A stretch of DNA of 64,000 bases from Methanothrix sp. (GTDB lineage: Archaea > Halobacteriota > Methanosarcinia > Methanotrichales > Methanotrichaceae), in contig OY821645.1 in the NCBI GenBank assembly GCA_963682135.1, forward strand, positions 160,001 through 224,000, written 5' to 3'. The notes beneath the pieces are model-generated. The model was given only the letters and a program-made list of their open reading frames with translations. It made no database searches and had not been told where the DNA came from. Positions 1 to 8,634 of this stretch are shown here, piece by piece. Position 1 is the stretch's first letter; the number at the start of each line of letters is the position of its first letter. The position numbers were made by a program, and so were the translations under genes.

Positions 1-223
1 GATTGATAGGGTAGCACATGAACTGGCCAAAAGTGCGACCCTCCTCAGAGAAGCCCTCAATTTTGATCGCCTGCCCTTCTGTCGGGAAGGGCTCCTCCAG
101 GAGCACATCCAGGGTGCCGAAGAAGTGGACGAAGCCAAAGCGCTCCAGGAACTGGCGGCTGTAGCCCTCACAGGTGAGGAAGTACTGGGCCTGATCGAGA
201 CCTGATAGGATTTTTCCGCGCAT
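1..223 (-). pseudogene. ribK: CTP-dependent riboflavin kinase, degenerate copy; runs off the window edge
   Basis: Manual translation MRGKILSGLDQAQYFLTCEGY...FVHFFGTLDV...GRTFGQFMCYPIN. Paralogous to 1261-1616. Conserved GLG and PGTLN motifs are altered to GLD and FGTLD. Confidence 0.7.
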
Positions 224-277
224 GAATTCGACCTGCTCGTTCTCAAAGTGGAGTTAGAAACGGTGATCATCTGCAAT

Positions 278-730
278 TCAAAGCATTTTGGCAATAGCTT
301 CCGAGATCGTCCAGACCTCAATTATCCTTGCCTCCTTGATCTTGTCAAAATGCCGGTCATTTGAGATCAGGATTCCACCTGCACACAAGCATGTAGCAGC
401 ATGGAGTATGTCCGCGTCTTGTCCCACCGGAAAAAGAGGCTTGCATTGAGTTATGACTTCATCGGAGATCTCTAAAACAACTACCTCATGCAAAAGCTGA
501 TCAAGAAGAAGTTGGCCGTAATCGCCAAGTTCGCGGGCATACTTCCTGTACTCACCGATGAGGGCTTCATTGGCGATGAGATCCTCCTCGCCATCGACAA
601 GCCTTAAGACCAGATCCGTGGTCCTTGTCCATCCTCTTTTTGCAGCAGCAATGAAGACGTTAGTGTCCAGCAAAAATCTTGTACTTCTCTCGCGCAATTC
701 TGTTGCCTTCTCCCTCGACATCCCTCTCAA
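278..730 (-). CDS. PIN-domain (VapC-type) toxin
   Basis: FLLDTNVFIAA, DADILHAA and LISNDRHF PIN motifs; overlaps the upstream antitoxin gene. Confidence 0.88.
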   Translation of the reverse strand: MRGMSREKATELRERSTRFLLDTNVFIAAAKRGWTRTTDLVLRLVDGEEDLIANEALIGEYRKYARELGDYGQLLLDQLLHEVVVLEISDEVITQCKPLFPVGQDADILHAATCLCAGGILISNDRHFDKIKEARIIEVWTISEAIAKML

Positions 731-938
731 GCTTATCGAGATCCACCTTACGGGCCTCTTTTATAACGCCTTCCAATATGGTTCGCAGGTCCTTCTTTTT
801 CAGGAGTATCGAGTCGCTTGTGGCTTCGCCTATGACAAACTCGTCGCCAGGGTTCATTTTGAGCCTGGCTATCAAATCGGTAGGGAGGACGATCCTACAC
901 TTTTCATCAATCTTTGCTGTGGACATAGGGCTTTTCAT
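660..938 (-). CDS. AbrB/MazE/SpoVT-type antitoxin
   Basis: AKIDEKCRIVLP...LKMNPGD swapped-hairpin signature, directly upstream of the PIN gene. Confidence 0.85.
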   Translation of the reverse strand: MKSPMSTAKIDEKCRIVLPTDLIARLKMNPGDEFVIGEATSDSILLKKKDLRTILEGVIKEARKVDLDKLERDVEGEGNRIAREKYKIFAGH

Positions 939-975
939 TCACCTTGCATTTTATAGATCTGCTAATGATATTAAT

Positions 976-1221
976 TTATCGGTATTGACAGGTCTTTGGA
1001 GAGTTCTGAGGGTGTCTCCGTTTGCTGAGCAGCATCAGCATCTCCCACTTGCTCTTGGTCCCTGCCAGCTCTGCTGCCTTGCCCAAGGAGAGCCTGCCTT
1101 CACGGTAAAGCTCCACAGCCAAAGAGCGCTTTATGAAAGGGCCTAGCTGGTCTTTATCGACTTTAATGAGGGCCAGGACCGAGCCCGGGAGGTCCACAAC
1201 AGCACTAACCGTTTTCATCAC
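976..1221 (-). CDS. UPF0175-family antitoxin-like HTH protein; C-terminus possibly truncated
   Basis: LAVELYREGRLSLGKAAELAG motif. Confidence 0.75.
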   Translation of the reverse strand: MMKTVSAVVDLPGSVLALIKVDKDQLGPFIKRSLAVELYREGRLSLGKAAELAGTKSKWEMLMLLSKRRHPQNSPKTCQYR

Positions 1222-1260
1222 CTGATTATCGTCTCTGAAGTCAAACTAGATATTACTATC

Positions 1261-1616
1261 TTAGTTTTCGATTCCAAAAGGATCGTCGTCTTCCAGCCCC
1301 ATAGCTCGCAGCTTCACGGGTGCTATGACCTCGATCAACTCCGGAGGATAGCGGCTCTTCTCGGGCCGGACCACAGCGGCCTGCATGCCGTTCAGCTTGG
1401 TGGGATCGCATCGGCACTGGCCAAAGTGCGGCCCTCCTCGGAGAAGCCCTCGATTTTGATCGCCTGATGTTCCACTGGGAAGGGCTCGTTGAGCAGCACA
1501 TTCAGGGTGCCGGGAAAGGGGATGAAGCCCAGTTTTTCCACGAACTGGCGGCTGTAGCCCTCACGGGTGAGGAAGTACTGGGCCTGACCGAGGCCGGATA
1601 GAATTTTTCCGCGCAT
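1261..1616 (-). pseudogene. ribK: CTP-dependent riboflavin kinase with a single-base frameshift
   Basis: GLGQAQYF and FPGTLN in one frame; AAVVRPEKSRYPPELIEVIAPVKLR...* in another. One T is missing at about 1423-1425 (ACTTTGG versus ACTTTTGG in the copy at 1-223). Confidence 0.82.
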
Positions 1617-1737
1617 GATATTGACCTGCTCGCGTCCTATAGGTTCCTGCGATTATGATAATCGGTCTGCAAGAAAATCATGCCCGTCTCAGCGAACTTA
1701 ACCTTGCGGTCGGAGGGCACTGAGTTGAAAACTGCAA

Positions 1738-1860
1738 TTATCTTCCTGGCAGAGATTCTAGTGTTGTGAGATCCTTTTCAGCATCAATGGCCATGTAGTC
1801 CAGAAGGGCTCCGCTTTGCTGAGCAGCACCATCTTCCATTTGCTCTTGACCCCCCGCCTG
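1738..1860 (-). pseudogene. UPF0175 C-terminal remnant (second copy)
   Basis: GVKSKWKMVLLSK, a frameshift, then LLDYMAIDAEKDLTTL. Matches GTKSKWEMLMLLSK in 976-1221. Confidence 0.55.
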
Positions 1861-2242
1861 GCTCTTGGTCTGGTCATGAGATAGCCTGTCTTCGCGACAT
1901 AGCAGTCTGGCATGGAGATCCTATTTTTCCCCCTACTATTAAATTCATAAATTTGAAAATCAAACTGCGTGCGGCCACCCCACCCTAAACGTCTATGTGC
2001 CTCAGGACAATGGCACATACGAGGCAAATGAAAAACAAGATCTATCGACATCATAAGTATTGTTTTTCATGGGAAAGGGATGGGGTATGCTTCGGGCTGC
2101 ACGCACGCCCGGTTAGCTGGAGATCAGAAATCATCGAGTCCTCTTTGCCAGGTCTCCCTAATCTGTGCAATTGAAACTCTGCTTTCGAATTCCAGCTTAT
2201 CGGTTTAAGTGAGCACAAATAACGTGCGAGGGTTCACTTGAT

Positions 2243-2262
2243 CCCCAACCTGAAGGTCGGGG
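2243..2262. mobile_element. Orphan IS200/IS605-type terminal hairpin
   Basis: CCCCAACC-TGAA-GGTCGGGG has the same stem and TGAA-loop layout as the tnpB right-end hairpin at 21321-21340. Confidence 0.5.
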
Positions 2263-2348
2263 TATTCGTGACCCTCCGCGCTCCCGATGTAATAATTGGA
2301 CAATTTTGCGCAACCATTGACACAAAACACTAGCATGAAGAGTTATTT

Positions 2349-5300
2349 TCATTCATTCATCCTCCAATCCACAAAAACGGATTTAACGAGATAATTTAAT
2401 TTAAATTCTGCTAATATCTTGAAATAATAAGGTTCTCCATAAATTATATCATCAAAATTAGTTCTTATTGACGAAAAAATATCATCAAACTGCTCTTGAT
2501 CTTTTACATGCAATTCAATTTTTACTTCCCATTTTCCCGTGCAGAATATGATATGGAATATTTGCAAATAGTTTGACATAAATTTCATAAAATTATCTTT
2601 TTCCTTTTTCGATAATTTTTTTAATCTTAAGAGGATTATGTACCATTCAAGTCCTAGAGCCCTAATATCGCATACGGGCATTAGTCCTATAATTATATCT
2701 TTTGATTTCAAGTCATACACTATATCGGCTAGTCTCTTGACATCTAATTCAAATTCTGACGAAAAATTTAATTGATAATATTGTTCAAATTCCGAAATTC
2801 TTAAAAGCATCTTGTACTCTTCATTATGGATATAGCTATATGCCTTTTCTTCAAGCGGTATTCTATATTCTCGATATGAGAAATCTGTTTCTTTTTTCCC
2901 AGATGTAAACAGATATCTTTGGCCAAAGAAATATTCGTCGATTAACCAAAGCATCTCATAATCTTTTAATTTATCTTGGCAAATTTCCTTTATTTGCATC
3001 ATTATTTCATTGTAATGATGCATGCTCTTAGCGAAAATAGCGATTAGATACGTCCATTGACTAACTCCACCAATGGATGCTATCCATGGTATTGCTTGAT
3101 GATTCATAAGCCCTTCGAGAATATGATTTTGAGTTTTTTTATCTATTATATCTATTGATAAAAATACATTAAAGCTAATTAGACCAAATCTACTGATATT
3201 GATAATTGGGACAAACTTATCCAAAAATCCGCGACTATGAAGGTCCTTTATCCTCTGTTTTATTACAAACTCATCAATATGTAATTTTTTCCCTATAATT
3301 TTAGGAGTTTGAGGCATTCCCTCCTTCCATGCTTCCCTCCATATTTCCTCTAAAATTATTGACTCCTGCTGGCTAAGATTTGCAGGAAGATTCTCAGATT
3401 TCCTGAATCTCACATTGCTGTTATAATTGACAAAATTAGCTTTTTTTCCCCATTTATCCAATATAATATCGATTTGATCTATAAGAATATTTCCAAGCGT
3501 AATCTCTTCGACATATTCGCCATTATCTTCAGGAATTATCACATCTCCATTCGGCTGAATAATGAAGTAGGACCTATCCCTTTCCTTTCGCCTTGAAACA
3601 ACTATCTGAAACGGTGATTGCCCTTTAAGATTACTGCGGAAATCCTGAATGGTATTTGTGAATGTGCTTTCCAGATATCCGCATCGTATCATGTTTAAAC
3701 GTGCCCCTGCTTCTGGGATAAGTTCGTATATCTTCCAAAGGTCAATTGAATATTTTGCTAATAGATTATAAATATTTAGTAGATTGTTGCGCACATTGAT
3801 GTTTTTGGATGTCAACAATGTACATACTCTTATTTGAAATGGTCTTGCATACTGTTGATAGTAATCTAGAATTGAAAGAACGTTCTTATAGTTATTTTCC
3901 CTTCCATTTTCTGAATGAATTTCATTTGTCGATCCGTCAAGAGATAGAGAAAGCCTATTTACATAATGTTCTATAGGCTCTTTATGATTCCAGAAATGTT
4001 CGCCATTGGTAGAAAGACATACTTTGATCCCTTTTTCATAAATATATTTTAGCATTTCGTCAATATATCTATATTTTAACGGTTCACCTCCAGAAATACA
4101 TATTGTTTTTATATATAATCTGTGTAGTATATCAACGACCTTTTTAGCACATTCCAAATCTAAATCAGGTATATTCTTTGGTTTAAAACAACAACGACAT
4201 GCGTAATCGCATTCGGAAGTTATCATCCAATCAACAATTGCTAGTTTATGATCGATATACTGGTCTGGAATATTGTTTTGGAGGCGTCCGCCAACGGAGC
4301 ATTTTTGAAGAATCATATCAGCAATCTGCCTAAGATTTTCTTTGCGGCCATCTAAAAATCCGATAGCCGATGATATGCCCGAAATCTCTGTATTATCAAG
4401 CAGTACGGGAATAACATAATCATACTTTTCTGAAATCGCTCTTGCTTGAGCACATTTTAACTCAAGTTGCGTCCATTTACTTTTTAAATAGTATTTCGAA
4501 ATAAATATAACGCAATAGCGTGCGCGTTCTTTAAAAATCTTTTCAAGTAGGTTGGGCAGATTTTCTCCAACTAGGTTACTCTTTTCATAAAAATCATAGA
4601 ATACATTAATTTTGCCTTGAAGAGCTTTTAAGACATTTTCTACATATGGTCTATCTTCTCTAGCAAAAGAGAAAGCAACATCATACTTAATAGTACTATT
4701 TATTTCGAAATCTGCGAGAAGATTCCAAATCCAAATAGAATTATCATTAGTGCCAAAGACAGCTCGATGACCGTCTGGTGTTATCGCTATACTCGTAAGA
4801 TACTTAGTTGAACCTATACTCTTTACACACTCTCTATTGATAAGATCCCAGATCCGCACTGTTTTATCAAGAGAACTAGTAAGTGCCCAGCGTCCATCTG
4901 AGGTCACAGCTAACCTGATAATCGCATCATTGTGTCCTTCCAGAACAGCTAATCCTTTGCTCGATCGAAAATCCCATAGGCGCACGGTATTATCGCGAGA
5001 ACCAGAGATAATTAATTGCTCATCTGGTGTTATGGCAACACAATCTACTGACCTAGAGTGACCTTCGAGCGTGACGATACATCGGGTAGTCTCCAAATCC
5101 CATACACGAAGGGTTCTGTCTGCAGAAGCAGAAACCACATAACGACCATTTGGCGCTACTGCAACACCGAAAACTGAATCAGTATGCCCCTCGAGAGTGG
5201 CAGCGCACTGAAAGGTCTTCGCATCCCATATCCGTAAAGTCTTATCAAAGGACCCAGAAATTATCCGTTGGCCATCTGGTGTCACAGCAATGCTGCAAAC

Positions 5301-6563
5301 TCCCTTTGTATGACCTTTAAGTATAGCGACACAATCTCCATTTGAAGCCAAGTCCCAGACCAGAATGGTTCCATCTGCGGAGCTCGAAACGGCAAATCGT
5401 CCATCTGGCGATATTGCAACCCCAAAGACTCGATCGGTATGACCGGAGAGTGTGTTAAGCGATGCCCATGATTGCAGATCCCATACTCGGAGCGTGTTGT
5501 CGTAAGAGCCGGAGATTGCCCGCCTACCATCTGGCGTTATTGCTACACCCCAAACTTGTCCACTATGCCCCCTAAGCACTTTATAAGGCTGTAACCCACT
5601 TTTCTGCTGAAAGGATTCGCTTATATCATTTTGTTCAAATAATTTTTGATCTAATGAATAAATATGGCCATCAAAAGTCCGTACGCGAGTTGGGCTTGGC
5701 CTAACTGGAATATCAATGGATTCCCCAGGAAGGATAACTAGCGATCTCATGGCATTACTGGAACCGTCATGTTGTAAGATATCGATTGTAATCGGTTGGA
5801 TGTTTGGAACACGAATTCCGAATTGACCTGAGCCGGACAGATAACCAATTCGAAAATCATTTCCAATCTTAAGCACATCAAGAACGACATGAGGTACGTT
5901 TGAGAAATCCAATTCTGCAAGATCCAATGATGTACTCGATTTTGAGAAACGCGAATCGTGCCTAATGATTCTTGCTGTAGAAATATTTCGCAATCGAGAA
6001 AATAGCGGATTTAGATTGGCAGCTTCTGGCAAGCGATTCCCCATCTCGACAATCCATTCATCGAGTGCAGGCCGATCATTCTTGGAAATGGCCTTGACCA
6101 CACGCCAGATATTTTGTTCAAAGACCCGCTTATGTTCAGGTTCCGCCATGTTTTCTTTTAGGCTCAGGTAAACCAATTCCTCTTCCCATCGAATTACCGG
6201 GGAGACTAACTGATGGCAATCTTCTACAACTTTGCGGGCCGCATCCAAAAGCCCTTGGTCGGCCCTAAGCCGTTCCCGCAATAGTTGGCTAAATTCAGGA
6301 AGCAGAGTTATATTATCCGGGCCGCGGCTTTCAATAAATGGGCTGAACCATAGAGTCGCTTCTGTAGCTACGGTAGGACGAAGTTCTGCTGAAAACCTAT
6401 CACTCAAAGCTAACCGCAGTGCACGAAGAAGTTCGGGCTCAATCCTTCTTGCTAGCGAAGCAAGCATCGCCAATGTGACAACATCGGGTCTTATGCATCC
6501 GTACTTACTCAGACTCACGCGTGCTCCATTTATTTCCTTTTCAGTCAGTGATCCAAACATCAT
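2349..6563 (-). CDS. Multidomain effector: MoxR/vWA-associated N-domain + 7xWD40 + TIR + viperin-like radical SAM + tandem Lrp/AsnC-like domains
   Basis: Seven WD40 repeats, six canonical GH...WD (~4720-5580). TIR YDVAFSFA...SKWTQLE (~4300-4690). CDYACRCC, SGGEP and STNG (~3430-4250). Two wHTH+RAM-like units (~2349-3370). Likely start is ATG 6563 after GAGGGAAGG; the ORF is open from 6632. Confidence 0.85.
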   Translation of the reverse strand: MMFGSLTEKEINGARVSLSKYGCIRPDVVTLAMLASLARRIEPELLRALRLALSDRFSAELRPTVATEATLWFSPFIESRGPDNITLLPEFSQLLRERLRADQGLLDAARKVVEDCHQLVSPVIRWEEELVYLSLKENMAEPEHKRVFEQNIWRVVKAISKNDRPALDEWIVEMGNRLPEAANLNPLFSRLRNISTARIIRHDSRFSKSSTSLDLAELDFSNVPHVVLDVLKIGNDFRIGYLSGSGQFGIRVPNIQPITIDILQHDGSSNAMRSLVILPGESIDIPVRPSPTRVRTFDGHIYSLDQKLFEQNDISESFQQKSGLQPYKVLRGHSGQVWGVAITPDGRRAISGSYDNTLRVWDLQSWASLNTLSGHTDRVFGVAISPDGRFAVSSSADGTILVWDLASNGDCVAILKGHTKGVCSIAVTPDGQRIISGSFDKTLRIWDAKTFQCAATLEGHTDSVFGVAVAPNGRYVVSASADRTLRVWDLETTRCIVTLEGHSRSVDCVAITPDEQLIISGSRDNTVRLWDFRSSKGLAVLEGHNDAIIRLAVTSDGRWALTSSLDKTVRIWDLINRECVKSIGSTKYLTSIAITPDGHRAVFGTNDNSIWIWNLLADFEINSTIKYDVAFSFAREDRPYVENVLKALQGKINVFYDFYEKSNLVGENLPNLLEKIFKERARYCVIFISKYYLKSKWTQLELKCAQARAISEKYDYVIPVLLDNTEISGISSAIGFLDGRKENLRQIADMILQKCSVGGRLQNNIPDQYIDHKLAIVDWMITSECDYACRCCFKPKNIPDLDLECAKKVVDILHRLYIKTICISGGEPLKYRYIDEMLKYIYEKGIKVCLSTNGEHFWNHKEPIEHYVNRLSLSLDGSTNEIHSENGRENNYKNVLSILDYYQQYARPFQIRVCTLLTSKNINVRNNLLNIYNLLAKYSIDLWKIYELIPEAGARLNMIRCGYLESTFTNTIQDFRSNLKGQSPFQIVVSRRKERDRSYFIIQPNGDVIIPEDNGEYVEEITLGNILIDQIDIILDKWGKKANFVNYNSNVRFRKSENLPANLSQQESIILEEIWREAWKEGMPQTPKIIGKKLHIDEFVIKQRIKDLHSRGFLDKFVPIINISRFGLISFNVFLSIDIIDKKTQNHILEGLMNHQAIPWIASIGGVSQWTYLIAIFAKSMHHYNEIMMQIKEICQDKLKDYEMLWLIDEYFFGQRYLFTSGKKETDFSYREYRIPLEEKAYSYIHNEEYKMLLRISEFEQYYQLNFSSEFELDVKRLADIVYDLKSKDIIIGLMPVCDIRALGLEWYIILLRLKKLSKKEKDNFMKFMSNYLQIFHIIFCTGKWEVKIELHVKDQEQFDDIFSSIRTNFDDIIYGEPYYFKILAEFKLNYLVKSVFVDWRMNE

Positions 6564-6579
6564 CCTTCCCTCAATGGAT

Positions 6580-7542
6580 TCATTGTCGGCGTCGTCGTAC
6601 GGTTGTGATCGAAGTATCACGATCCCATACATATGAATAGGGAATAAGCTGTTTCAATTCATTGGGCCAATACGATTCAGGTGCAGGGATCAAAGCAACT
6701 TGTGGACAGCAGTATCTTTCTGCTAAATTTAGCAAGGATCGCCATTGATCAAAACCAGTACAGCTGCCTGATATTTCGCCATCGATTCCAAAGTCAGAAA
6801 CTATCAACAACGGTGTTTTTTCGGGAAACTTATGAGGATGATCGGAGTACCATTTAATCTGAGGACCATCAGGTAACCAGCGATCGACTTCCATCCACCA
6901 GACACGAACCTTGGATCCTCCAAGAACCCGCTGAAGTCGCCTTAAGAGCTTTTTTTCGTCACGCCAAAATGGTTGCATAGACTCGGAGCGATCTAGAATC
7001 AATAATACTCCACGTTGCAGTGTCGGTCGTTGCCGCAAAGGCAGTCTCTTTAAGAGCAGTCCTCTAACCAGTTCTCTTTCCAGCACAGTCCATTCAATAT
7101 CCTTCGAGGCTCTTGAAGTTGCCAGCATCGCGCCCATAATTCCGCGAAACCGTATATCGTGCAACAATGGTTGGTATCTTGGCCGTACCATATGCGATTC
7201 TATATTTGTTGGTTCTAGCGGTTCGGTTGATGCTAAGATCGGGTCGTCAAGCAGGATCTCAAAACGCTGATTCTCACGCCCTACTGGAGCAAGAATTTTG
7301 CCATGAGAATCTGCCTGGAACTCAGAATCGAATGATTCTGTAGGTACCTTTAGCTCAGGGGTAACCTCATCACCACTATTCTTTGAAAATTCAAAGACTG
7401 AAATGGCCCTCCAGCTAAATCCCAATGATTCAGCCATAAAGGCTTTGGTATCGTTGCTCTTAGGTTTGAGTACCACCATAACCTTTAGAAGCTCTGCGAG
7501 TCCAATTTCAGAGCAATTGCGACCATGAAGCATACCAGGCAC
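6580..7542 (-). CDS. vWA-like protein of a MoxR-associated system
   Basis: LILDRSESM (DxSxS MIDAS) and LLIVSDFG; immediately downstream of MoxR. Confidence 0.75.
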   Translation of the reverse strand: MPGMLHGRNCSEIGLAELLKVMVVLKPKSNDTKAFMAESLGFSWRAISVFEFSKNSGDEVTPELKVPTESFDSEFQADSHGKILAPVGRENQRFEILLDDPILASTEPLEPTNIESHMVRPRYQPLLHDIRFRGIMGAMLATSRASKDIEWTVLERELVRGLLLKRLPLRQRPTLQRGVLLILDRSESMQPFWRDEKKLLRRLQRVLGGSKVRVWWMEVDRWLPDGPQIKWYSDHPHKFPEKTPLLIVSDFGIDGEISGSCTGFDQWRSLLNLAERYCCPQVALIPAPESYWPNELKQLIPYSYVWDRDTSITTVRRRRQ

Positions 7543-7594
7543 TAATTACACTCCCCTCATCACCAGTCTTCGCGAAGTCTACAATAAGCTATCA

Positions 7595-8623
7595 TTATTG
7601 CTTAATGACCGTATTTTGTACGACATGATCCCAAAGCTGTGATTCGACATCTATTCCAAGCTTAAAACATACTCTCAATGTATCCAAGAACTCCGCCGTG
7701 CTAGGCTGTCGGCCTGGGCGCCCTTTTTCGTTTTTCCGTAACTGGCAGTATTTTTCTGCTACTTTACGGATCAATTCCTCCCCATAATGGTGGGACTCTA
7801 TTAAGCTGCGCATGTGAAGATTAGCAATTTTTTCTAGGCGTTCGATTTGTTCCTTCTCATCATCCGGTTCTTTTATAGTGTGAACTACACACCTTCTAAT
7901 GAATGCATCTGGAAGATCGCGTTCTTGATTTGTTGTTATTACAATTAATAAGCTTCCAAAATGATTTGGTGATATCGGATTGGGATCACGTTCTGGGGCG
8001 TTTCTCTCGATGTTTAAATCCAATTCGTCGACTGTGAAACGATTTAAGCCAAAAACCTCTAATAGATCGTTGGGCAATTCGGGATCTGCTTTATCGATCT
8101 CATCAATGAGAACAACAGCACGCTCAGGATCGCGTTTAATATCAGACTCTGCAAAAGACTCGTCCTTCTTGCTCCCCTTAGAAGTAGTCGCTTTGGAGAG
8201 TATTCTTCTCTGAGAGATTTGCTCCATTGCAGTTTCACGATTGAACGCCCACCACAATACACCTGGAGTGACATAGCGCTTCGGATCAATATTAGATCTT
8301 GCCTGCGCATCTCGCAAGCGAGCCAACGCATCGAACTTCCAGAGCAAATCTTTAGCTTCCGTACGACCAGTAATCGTCGCTTCGTAATAGCTCCAGTTGA
8401 GGTTCCGAGCGGCGAACGGAGCAAATGATGACTTGCCCGATCCAGGTTGACCACGAATGAGCAGCGGGCGTTGAGTCACAATAGCGATCTCTGCAGCCAA
8501 TTTCAGATTCGGATCACACAAATAAACCATGCCGGTACGATCGTCCGGTCCAACCTCAATATCTGTAGCATTAGGATTATTCATCCACGGGAGGAATTGG
8601 TTATAATCGGCATAAGAGCTCAT
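7595..8623 (-). CDS. MoxR-family AAA+ ATPase
   Basis: Walker A GQPGSGKS, Walker B VLIDEIDKA, and ITTNQERDLPDAFIRRC. Confidence 0.93.
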   Translation of the reverse strand: MSSYADYNQFLPWMNNPNATDIEVGPDDRTGMVYLCDPNLKLAAEIAIVTQRPLLIRGQPGSGKSSFAPFAARNLNWSYYEATITGRTEAKDLLWKFDALARLRDAQARSNIDPKRYVTPGVLWWAFNRETAMEQISQRRILSKATTSKGSKKDESFAESDIKRDPERAVVLIDEIDKADPELPNDLLEVFGLNRFTVDELDLNIERNAPERDPNPISPNHFGSLLIVITTNQERDLPDAFIRRCVVHTIKEPDDEKEQIERLEKIANLHMRSLIESHHYGEELIRKVAEKYCQLRKNEKGRPGRQPSTAEFLDTLRVCFKLGIDVESQLWDHVVQNTVIKQ

Positions 8624-8634
8624 AGTTTGCCTCG

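Noticed and set aside
2349-4250. Heme (Ahb/Nir) biosynthesis module: radical SAM + Lrp-like domains
   Set aside because: There are no SPASM cysteines as in NirJ/AhbC/AhbD, and the fusion to TIR/WD40 in a MoxR operon argues against it. It is not fully excluded.
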